Shown here in pieces: positions 19,877-31,200 of a stretch of 41,949 nt of DNA (its first letter is position 1; the number at the start of each line of letters is the position of its first letter). A program made the translations under genes and the position numbers. Under the pieces are notes generated by a model. That model made no database searches. It was not told the DNA's origin and saw only the letters and a list, made by a program, of their open reading frames with translations. Source of the DNA: Candidatus Omnitrophota bacterium. GTDB taxonomy: Bacteria > Omnitrophota > Gorgyraeia > Pluralincolimonadales > Pluralincolimonadaceae. Location of the stretch: positions 1 through 41,949 of the forward strand of contig JBAYMW010000001.1 of NCBI GenBank assembly GCA_041663405.1. Direction: 5' to 3'.

Positions 19877-22764
19877 AGGCCTTCCCTGCAATATTCTATT
19901 TTTATTCGCGGCAGGTATGTGATGGTGACATCCTCAAGGACCGGCGTCCTTGAGCTGACCGAATAATTGTCCCTGATTATGCTCGACGTGGACAGCACCG
20001 CCTTATACTGTATGCATGGATCGGTCCCGGATAGTGACGCACCGTTCGTAAGCGAGGTCCCCCATGATAAATCCGATGGCGGCAAGCTTGATTTGGACGA
20101 ACCCCTTCTGGCATATAATGTCAGCGCCGTGCTAGTCGGCTGGGTCTGCGGAGACCATGTAATGGTGCCCCATCTTACGTTCGACCCCGCATAGAAAGGA
20201 ACCGATGCAATATAACCGTTCTCGGGAATGGCGCGGAAATTGTCCCAGTGCGTCTGAAGTTTTGTGACAGCGCCGGCCTTGTCGAAGTCGCTTGGGCCGA
20301 TCGTGCACTGTCCCCTGTCAAAATCCGCCCAATCCCACCCGAGGTACTGGTTATTGGCTATATATTTGAATATGGTCTCGTTGGCCGCCGGATATGTGGG
20401 CGACCAGGTAGAATATGCCCCGGCCGCGCCGTTCTTCCATGCCCTGAACGACCCGCTGCTGCTGGTACTGGAACCGGTCATAGCCAGCATCTTTTCCGGA
20501 AGGTAATCGGACTGTGTATAGAACATCCGCGCGGTCATCCTTATCTCGCTGACGTCGCCGAAACAATAAAGTGGTTTTGGTTCCGTGGTTACGGATGTCG
20601 TGCCGTGGCTATCCGTGCAGAGCGTCTTGAAGCCCCTTACCTCAAAAGTCTCACCGTAGGATCCGGTAGACCAGGTATCGTCCTGGACTCCCTTAGCGAA
20701 AATCCAGCACCCGCAGAACGGCGCTTCCGGCTGCCAATAAGTATAGGTGCCGGGAGCAGGTATGCTTTCGAGAGACCAGCTTGCGGGGCGGCTCACGTTA
20801 TAGATATAGGTAGGATTCCCGCTTGCGTCATACACCGGATATACTTCCGGCTCACCGGTGTGCTCCGCAATATTTCCGTCAAAGACACCGTTGGAATTCA
20901 GGTCGTAATAATAGACCCACCTGCTGCTGCCATCGTAAAGCCGCGTTGTCGGCGGCGGGAACGATAAAGGATATACCGTGCCGGTCCCGCGCCATGCGAT
21001 CCGGGTCGAAGGGGCCGATTCCTTGACGAACGCCCTGACAAGCACGCTGTTCGTGTTCGGCCTGAAATAGTTACGATTAAGCTCGAAATGTTTGCTCTCA
21101 AACGTATTTATATCAAGAAATACTTCCCTGTCGCTGTCGCCGTCGTTATCGCAAAAATCCTGGTAGCTTACATTAAGGGTGTCCCGGCCCCACCATGACC
21201 TGTTCCAGTAATACCCTTTCATCATGACCGCGGAGAATGCCGGATCATCGTCTATGTTGTCCCAGAATCCGAGCTTAACGGAGTCCTGCGTTTTCGCATA
21301 CGTCGAGGTATCCCACAGCATTTTCCCTGCGCCGGCGTTCCAGTCGTCCCGTTCGGTCGGGCAGCTGTCGAGCCAGTTCACATTGAAGACTTCGCCGTCC
21401 TGGAAATTCCCGAGCCTGCCGAACCACGCGGCATAGAACTCCTCTTTCGTAGTTTGGGTCCATGTCCCGAATACCGTGATGATCGCCGATGCCTGCTTTA
21501 CCGCCGTTACCTTCCCGCCTTTCATGACATTGGCCGTAGCACCGACGGTCAGTATCCCGGCGTGGTTGTAGCTATTCGCTGGTTCTGTCCTTGGGTCATA
21601 ACCGAGCCTCTCGGCGGGTACAGGTACAGCCGACCCGAAAGAAGCGTTCTTCCATCTAAGCTGGACCGAGTTATGGAACGTCTGATCGTAATATTCAAGG
21701 CGTATCCTGTGCCATCCGGGCGCCGCAAAAGTATAAGTACCCGATGCCGTCCTGTCCCACGGGTAGTTCTCGGTCGTCAATTTATCCGTCCAGCGCGAGC
21801 AGACAAGCGTATCGTTTATGTAAAACCTCGCGCCGTCATCGCAAGCGATCCAAAAGGTTATCGGGGAACCCGCCTCCGTATCAAGGATCTCGATATAGCC
21901 GGTCCATATCACGCCGAATGTCGTGAGGCCGTAATCGCTGACCGTAGCTATAGTGCCGCCGCCCGCGAACTCGGCATCATGCGTCTCGGCCCATGTGTCC
22001 CCTCCGTCGCCGTCGGTGCCCGGCATGATCGCGTCATCAGGCGTCTGGTATACCTCTCCCAGCTCAACGACCTTCTCCGTAAAACTCGACTTGTCGATGG
22101 AGACGCTCGGGGACGAGCCCGTAAGGTTGCTGTAATACCTTCCGAGCAAACCGCCGCGTATTATCGGCTTGCTGACGGTCACCCTGTGCTTGTTGCCGGT
22201 AAAGACCGCCTGCGTTATCCCGGTGGCAACGCATATCTCGTTCACTGTATCGAAAGGCGCGTTCTTGCATTGCGCCGTGCCCTCTATGTTGCCGGCCGTC
22301 CCGCCGACAACCGTATTTACCGAATCGCTGTCCCTGTAATCTATGATATTGGCTATCTGCTGGTTGGTGAGAAAGGTCAACAGTTCCGTTATCTGGCTCG
22401 CGTCGGTCTCGTCGAAGGTATTGATATTGACCATGTCCTCTCCGCTCGAGATCCTGAGGGTATACGTGCCTTCGCCGAAAGCCACGTTCATGCCGCTCGA
22501 AAGCACATAGTTATAGACATAGCTCTTCAGGTCCGCATATGTGCTCGTAAGCACCCGGTTGCGAATATCCGCGACGGCCTTATTGATACCGGCCTCCGCG
22601 ATATACCTGGCTTTTACCGCGTTGACGTAATTGGCCGCCTCATTCCTGGCCATCATCATATTGATCGCGAAACTGATACCGATAATGGAAAGTAGGCCAA
22701 GTATCCCTATGGCCATCAGGAGGGCAACACCCCTCTTCTCTCTCCCGCGTTTACTCGTCAACAC
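19873..22764 (-). CDS. Giant GspK/PilX-like minor pseudopilin with PA14 domain and large C-terminal beta-rich region (paralog K1)
   Basis: The start is uncertain. I chose GTG 22764 (or TTG 22761) because the ORF-track TTG 22848 lies inside the -10 of a consensus promoter. N-terminus is ..KRGREKRG|VALLMAIGILGLL. It has YTLRISSGEDMVNIN and the HhH-like APFDTVNEICVATGIT. PA14 reads GLLGRYYSN..FGVIWTGYIEI..FWIACDDGARFYINDTLV..HRIRLEYYDQTFHNSVQLRWKN. The closing strands are GILTVGATANV..ASAIITVFG, there are DxDxDG-type loops, and the terminal motif is TPVLEDVTITYLP. Confidence 0.7.
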   Translation of the reverse strand: MLTSKRGREKRGVALLMAIGILGLLSIIGISFAINMMMARNEAANYVNAVKARYIAEAGINKAVADIRNRVLTSTYADLKSYVYNYVLSSGMNVAFGEGTYTLRISSGEDMVNINTFDETDASQITELLTFLTNQQIANIIDYRDSDSVNTVVGGTAGNIEGTAQCKNAPFDTVNEICVATGITQAVFTGNKHRVTVSKPIIRGGLLGRYYSNLTGSSPSVSIDKSSFTEKVVELGEVYQTPDDAIMPGTDGDGGDTWAETHDAEFAGGGTIATVSDYGLTTFGVIWTGYIEILDTEAGSPITFWIACDDGARFYINDTLVCSRWTDKLTTENYPWDRTASGTYTFAAPGWHRIRLEYYDQTFHNSVQLRWKNASFGSAVPVPAERLGYDPRTEPANSYNHAGILTVGATANVMKGGKVTAVKQASAIITVFGTWTQTTKEEFYAAWFGRLGNFQDGEVFNVNWLDSCPTERDDWNAGAGKMLWDTSTYAKTQDSVKLGFWDNIDDDPAFSAVMMKGYYWNRSWWGRDTLNVSYQDFCDNDGDSDREVFLDINTFESKHFELNRNYFRPNTNSVLVRAFVKESAPSTRIAWRGTGTVYPLSFPPPTTRLYDGSSRWVYYYDLNSNGVFDGNIAEHTGEPEVYPVYDASGNPTYIYNVSRPASWSLESIPAPGTYTYWQPEAPFCGCWIFAKGVQDDTWSTGSYGETFEVRGFKTLCTDSHGTTSVTTEPKPLYCFGDVSEIRMTARMFYTQSDYLPEKMLAMTGSSTSSSGSFRAWKNGAAGAYSTWSPTYPAANETIFKYIANNQYLGWDWADFDRGQCTIGPSDFDKAGAVTKLQTHWDNFRAIPENGYIASVPFYAGSNVRWGTITWSPQTQPTSTALTLYARRGSSKSSLPPSDLSWGTSLTNGASLSGTDPCIQYKAVLSTSSIIRDNYSVSSRTPVLEDVTITYLPRIKIEYCREGL

Positions 22765-22847
22765 GTTTCGATAACTTCCAACATTCGTGGGTCCTTTTGC
22801 TTGTTTTTCGGTGTTTTGCCCCAGGAAAGAATAACCCTCAACATACA

Positions 22848-22876
22848 ATTTTAGAGCATGAAATGCGCTTTGTCAA
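22848..22876 (-). promoter_or_regulatory. Sigma70-type promoter upstream of K1
   Basis: Minus strand reads TTGACA-17 nt-TAAAAT (-35 at 22871-22876, -10 at 22848-22853), preceded by an AT-rich tract (AACAAAATCATACCAAAAAGCAATAAAG). Confidence 0.6.
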
Positions 22877-22925
22877 CCTTACTTTATTGCTTTTTGGTAT
22901 GATTTTGTTGCTGGCTATCTCTGCC

Positions 22926-23615
22926 CTATTGCGGGATATAAACACTTGTAACAAACGTCTGGGACCTTGTAGAATTCGGTTCCTTGATAATGAGAGTTAT
23001 CTCGACTTTTGTGGGCTTCTTACCTATTTGAGTTGCGCCGCCGCTTGATGTGGAATTCCAACCGGTGGTTACAGTACCTGCGGAATCAAAAAACCTTAAG
23101 GAAAATCCCGTTACGTTCTTCGCGACCTTCGATGACGTGCCGGCCATGCCGGCGCCGAAGGCATAATCAGGTGAAGCAGCGGTCTGGGCGTAATAAAACC
23201 TCATAAGCTCACTGGTTGAACTGTTCAGCCAATACCCCACCTTGCACAATTCAAACTTAGCGGTTGAGTCGTTCAAGGTCGGGTTAAGCGCGGCAATGAA
23301 GAACACCTCGCTCGCGCTGCTTGGCGTAACCCATGTGCTCCCGCCTGAGGCATATCCCCGGAATGTGATATTTGCGTTGTTGGAACTCAGGAATGCCGCA
23401 GAAAGGTCCCTCGTCAGCCAGTCAATAGTGACTCGCGCGGTCTGGTAGACCTCAAGGTGCGCCTGCGTCCTGCTCCACGACTCGAGCCCCGCCCTGAAGA
23501 CGACAAAAAGCGATAACGCGATTATCGCGAATATGACCGATACTACGAGGATCTCAACTAACGTGAGCCCTTTTCTACGGGCCGAGCGACGGGATAAGAG
23601 TGACAAAGTCCTCAT
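22926..23615 (-). CDS. GspJ/PilW-like minor pseudopilin
   Basis: 229 aa with prepilin signal MRTLSLLSRRSARRKG|LTLVEILVVSVIFAIIAL and a PulJ-like layout (..TARVTIDWLTRDLSAA.., ..KVGYWL....L.R.., ..FSLRFFDSAG.., ..VEITLII). The ATG has AAGGAAGG 7 nt upstream. It overlaps the gspI-like 3' end by 41 nt. Confidence 0.8.
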   Translation of the reverse strand: MRTLSLLSRRSARRKGLTLVEILVVSVIFAIIALSLFVVFRAGLESWSRTQAHLEVYQTARVTIDWLTRDLSAAFLSSNNANITFRGYASGGSTWVTPSSASEVFFIAALNPTLNDSTAKFELCKVGYWLNSSTSELMRFYYAQTAASPDYAFGAGMAGTSSKVAKNVTGFSLRFFDSAGTVTTGWNSTSSGGATQIGKKPTKVEITLIIKEPNSTRSQTFVTSVYIPQ

Positions 23616-23946
23616 TGAATGTCCTTCCTTTGTAATCCCACGATATCCTGACGGTGGTAAGCACCAGGCTGCCCGTGGGAGCCACCTGTGTAGTCGAGAT
23701 CGTATAGCGGAACTTCGGGTCGGTGAACACGCCGGACGTGGCCGTCGTGACTGGATAGCCCAGCCTCTTGAGCTCTTCCATAGTGTTCTGCGCGTATATG
23801 GTCGCCTTGGTCAGGTCTGCGGAACGGTTCGCCGAATCGAAACCGACCGGGAAGAGCGCAAGCACCGCGAGGATCCCTATGACCAGTATCGCCAGCGATA
23901 TCAATATCTCTATTAGGGTAAAACCGTTCTTATCGAAAGTCTTCAT
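23575..23946 (-). CDS. GspI/PilV-like minor pseudopilin
   Basis: 123 aa with MKTFDKNG|FTLIEILISLAILVIGILAVLALFP, and the size and layout of GspI. ATGA overlap with the gspH-like stop. Confidence 0.8.
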   Translation of the reverse strand: MKTFDKNGFTLIEILISLAILVIGILAVLALFPVGFDSANRSADLTKATIYAQNTMEELKRLGYPVTTATSGVFTDPKFRYTISTTQVAPTGSLVLTTVRISWDYKGRTFNEDFVTLIPSLGP

Positions 23947-24404
23947 TCAAGGGCTCCTGTGGTCCTGTTAACGGTTATCGTCTTGTTCGCCTTAGGGTTC
24001 TGGACCGTGATCGCGTTAACGGCGGTAGTACTGGTCAGCCCCCCATTCGCGGCAAATGTGACGGTCGTGATCGCGGCAGTGCTGTAAGTCACACCGCCCG
24101 GAAGATTGAATATCTTGTTCTGCGTCGTTCCGGCAGCATTCGTTATCCTGTACGTACCCGGCGTCACCGTGCCGTTGAACTCGGCGCTGAAATTTGCGTT
24201 CTGCGATACCGCATAGCTGCGGGCCGTGCGAAGGACCGTCATGATCTCGCGTTCTGCCGCCTTAAGCCCTGTGCTGCCGGAGAAACCCGTAAAAAAAGGT
24301 ATGCTCATAGCAAGGAACGCAAGCATTATCACGAGGACTATCGACATCTCGATAAGCGTGTAACCCCGACGGCCGCAGGCCCTGACGGAACGTAAAATTT
24401 TCAT
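23943..24404 (-). CDS. GspH/FimT(FimU)-like minor pseudopilin
   Basis: 153 aa with MKILRSVRACGRRG|YTLIEMSIVLVIMLAFLAM and the GspH-type helix LKAAEREIMTVLRTARSYAVSQN followed by beta strands. Confidence 0.8.
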   Translation of the reverse strand: MKILRSVRACGRRGYTLIEMSIVLVIMLAFLAMSIPFFTGFSGSTGLKAAEREIMTVLRTARSYAVSQNANFSAEFNGTVTPGTYRITNAAGTTQNKIFNLPGGVTYSTAAITTVTFAANGGLTSTTAVNAITVQNPKANKTITVNRTTGALE

Positions 24405-24410
24405 AGGAAA

Positions 24411-24438
24411 ATTATACCATATATTGGGATAGTGTCAA
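24411..24438 (-). promoter_or_regulatory. Consensus sigma70 promoter of the pseudopilin operon (probably leaderless)
   Basis: Minus strand reads TTGACA-16 nt-TGgTATAAT-tttcct-ATG (-35 at 24433-24438, -10 at 24411-24416, ATG at 24404-24402). There is no SD. Confidence 0.65.
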
Positions 24439-24460
24439 GGCACAAAGCCGTGAGAATGGC

Positions 24461-24498
24461 AGAAAATAAAGAGGCCCGCTGTCATTACAACAGCGGGC
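24461..24498 (-). terminator. Rho-independent terminator of the rrn operon
   Basis: Minus strand reads GCCCGCTGT-TGTAATG-ACAGCGGGC (9-bp stem) followed by CTCTTTATTTTCT, about 10 nt after 5S. Confidence 0.8.
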
Positions 24499-24507
24499 AC
24501 TATTTAA

Positions 24508-24623
24508 CCCGGCGGCGTCCTACTCTCCCGAGCCGTTGCCAGCTAAGTACCATCGGCCCTGAGGGGCTTAACTTCCGTATTCGGAATGGGAACGGGTGTG
24601 ACCCCCTCGGTATAACCACCAGG
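24508..24623 (-). rRNA. rrf: 5S rRNA
   Basis: Minus strand reads CCTGGTGGTTATACCGAGGGGGTCACACCCGTTCCCATTCCGAATACGGAAGTTAAGCCCCTCAGGGCCGATGGTACT..GGGAGAGTAGGACGCCGCCGGG. The ends pair. Boundaries are +/- 2 nt. Confidence 0.95.
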
Positions 24624-24632
24624 AAATTAATC

Positions 24633-27749
<3,117 letters not shown>

Positions 27750-27754
<5 letters not shown>

Positions 27755-27762
27755 AAAGAGCA
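27750..27762 (-). promoter_or_regulatory. boxA antitermination element in the tRNA-Ala/23S spacer
   Basis: Minus strand reads TGCTCTTTGACAA, which is 12/13 identical to E. coli boxA TGCTCTTTAACAA. Confidence 0.75.
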
Positions 27763-27827
27763 ATGCTCGCCCCGACGCTGCGGGACTCGCTAAAATCCGC
27801 TCTAATCCATATTTATAAATAAAGAAT

Positions 27828-27903
27828 TGGTGGACCTGAGGAGGATCGAACTCCTGACCTCCTGAATGCAAATCAGGCGCTCTCCCAGCTGAGCTACAGG
27901 CCC
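27828..27903 (-). tRNA. tRNA-Ala (anticodon TGC), CCA encoded
   Basis: Minus strand reads GGGCCTGTAGCTCAGCTGGGAGAGCGCCTGATTTGCATTCAGGAGGTCAGGAGTTCGATCCTCCTCAGGTCCACCA, with a G3:U70 pair. Confidence 0.95.
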
Positions 27904-27909
27904 GATAAT

Positions 27910-27986
27910 TGGTGGGCCCAAGTGGATTCGAACCACTGACCCCAGTCTTATCAGGGCTGTGCTCTAACCAACTGAGCTATGGGCCC
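27910..27986 (-). tRNA. tRNA-Ile (anticodon GAT), CCA encoded
   Basis: Minus strand reads GGGCCCATAGCTCAGTTGGTTAGAGCACAGCCCTGATAAGACTGGGGTCAGTGGTTCGAATCCACTTGGGCCCACCA. Confidence 0.95.
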
Positions 27987-28021
27987 AATTCGGTTATCGT
28001 ATGGTTCACCAAAATATGGAT

Positions 28022-29716
<1,695 letters not shown>

Positions 29717-29720
<4 letters not shown>

Positions 29721-29728
29721 CAAAGAAC
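29717..29728 (-). promoter_or_regulatory. boxA-like element in the 16S leader
   Basis: Minus strand reads GTTCTTTGAAAA, the boxA variant typical of many non-enteric rrn leaders. It partly overlaps the processing-stem arm. Confidence 0.65.
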
Positions 29729-29744
29729 GGAAAATTTAGACAAC

Positions 29745-29768
29745 AAAAAAGGCATCGAAGACGATGCC
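29745..29768 (-). terminator. Terminator-like hairpin plus T6 inside the rrn leader
   Basis: Minus strand reads GGCATCG-TCTT-CGATGCC followed by TTTTTTG. It lies between the promoter (29940-29968) and boxA/16S. Confidence 0.5.
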
Positions 29769-29939
29769 TGAACTTGCAGACCTACCGCATCCTCTCGTGT
29801 CTTAAATCATCCGGAAATGTCAAAGAGTTTTTTCAAACTCTTTTTTCTCCTCCCTGGCTACGAAGCAATGTTGTTTAATTAAAAACAACGCCATCCCAAA
29901 TACCGGACCAAAAATGCGGTGTGCCGTTTTGGTTTTGTA

Positions 29940-29990
29940 ATAATACCATTAGGCCGGAGGCTTGTCAAGTATTATTTTCAACTATTTTTT
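29940..29990 (-). promoter_or_regulatory. rrn promoter with AT-rich UP-like element
   Basis: Minus strand reads AAAAAATAGTTGAAAATAATAC-TTGACA-17 nt-TGgTATTAT (-35 at 29963-29968, -10 at 29940-29945). It begins immediately after the tyrS stop. Confidence 0.7.
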
Positions 29991-29991
29991 G

Positions 29992-31185
29992 TCACGAAAG
30001 ATCGACATTCAGGAAGTGGCGGCCTATCTTCAGGAGGGCGCGCTTGCCGGGTATGAAGCACGGCTTGTTAGCGTCGCTTAACTTCTCCCCGTCGAGCTTT
30101 ATGGCTCCCTGCCCCAATAATGAAAGGAGCTTGCTGCGGGAGTCTATGCCCATCGCCTTGAACTCTTCCCTGGAGCCGTCAAAGACCTGGTTCAGGCTCA
30201 GCGGCCCGCCCTTTAATTTCTTGACTGGCGCGTCGTCCGGGTCCTTCTTCTTCTGGAAGACGTCTTCGAAGCTCTTCTTCTCCGCGGCTGCCGCATCGGC
30301 GCCGTGGTAATCCTTCACGATAAGGTATGCCAGGTTCTTCTTCGCATCCATGGGATGCATCGCCCTGACCGCTTTCATCTCCTCATCGGTTAGCAGCTCG
30401 TAATAGGTCAGCATCGACTCGTCCGATATCGACATCACCTTTCCGAAGATCTCTTTTGCGGTATCATTAATGCCGATGTAGTTTCCGTACGATTTCGACA
30501 TCTTCGCGACGCCGTCCGTGCCGACCAAAAGCGGCATCGTTATGACGACCTGCGGCTCCTTGCCGTACGCCTCCTGCAGGTCGCGGCCGACAAGCATATT
30601 GAACTTCTGGTCGTTCCCGCCCACTTCGACATCGGCATCAAGCATGACCGAATCATAGCCCTGCATCAGCGGGTAGAAGAGCTCCAGGAAGCTTATCGGT
30701 TTCTGTTCCTTGAGCCTCTTCTGGAAATCATCCCTCTCGAGCAGGCGCGCGACCGTGTAACGCTGCGCGAGCTGGACTAAATGCTCGAAACCGAACTTAG
30801 AGAACCACGCGCTGTTATGTATGCGCTCGTAGACTTCCTTATCCGCGGTCTTAAGGACCTTGCCGACCTGCTTCTCGTAGGTCTTCGCATTAGCCTCGAC
30901 CTCCTCGCGGGTCAGCACCTTCCTGGCCTGCGTCTGCCCGGAGGGGTCCCCCACGAGTGCCGTGGCATCCCCTATAAGGAAGATGACCTTGTGCCCGAGG
31001 TCCTGGAAATGGCGCAGTTTCCTTAACAGGACCGTGTGGCCAAGGTGGATATCCGGCGCCGTGGGATCGAAGCCCGCCTTGATGACAAGCTGTTTCTTTT
31101 TCTTCAGCTTATCAACCAAGGCGGCCTCGTTTATTATCTCAACGGTACCGCGTTTTATGATCTCGAGCTGTTTTGATGCGTCCAT
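29992..31185 (-). CDS. tyrS: Tyrosine--tRNA ligase
   Basis: 397 aa with the HIGH-type motif PDIHLGHTV, KMSKSYGN and a C-terminal S4-like domain. Confidence 0.95.
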   Translation of the reverse strand: MDASKQLEIIKRGTVEIINEAALVDKLKKKKQLVIKAGFDPTAPDIHLGHTVLLRKLRHFQDLGHKVIFLIGDATALVGDPSGQTQARKVLTREEVEANAKTYEKQVGKVLKTADKEVYERIHNSAWFSKFGFEHLVQLAQRYTVARLLERDDFQKRLKEQKPISFLELFYPLMQGYDSVMLDADVEVGGNDQKFNMLVGRDLQEAYGKEPQVVITMPLLVGTDGVAKMSKSYGNYIGINDTAKEIFGKVMSISDESMLTYYELLTDEEMKAVRAMHPMDAKKNLAYLIVKDYHGADAAAAEKKSFEDVFQKKKDPDDAPVKKLKGGPLSLNQVFDGSREEFKAMGIDSRSKLLSLLGQGAIKLDGEKLSDANKPCFIPGKRALLKIGRHFLNVDLS

Positions 31186-31200
31186 TTAAACCCCTGGGGT

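Noticed and set aside
22797-23048. 83-aa plus-strand ORF with a hydrophobic segment (VNLTLLLFGMILLLAISALL) across the J-K1 gap.
   Set aside because: The hydrophobic stretch is the reverse complement of the AT-rich promoter/UP region. The rest is antisense to the gspJ-like gene, and there is no SD.
10578-24404. The pseudopilin/giant-protein locus as a horizontally acquired island or mobile element.
   Set aside because: No integrase, transposase, phage or conjugation genes are present. I could find no flanking direct repeats. Base composition, codon style and promoter type look the same as in the neighbouring housekeeping genes. The nearby tRNAs are internal to the rrn operon and are not integration targets at the locus boundary.
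29818-29823. A second perfect TTGACA in the rrn leader, as a possible P2 promoter.
   Set aside because: No acceptable -10 follows at 16-18 nt (the sequence there is ACACGA). The only A/T-rich hexamer (TTTAAG) is 11 nt away.
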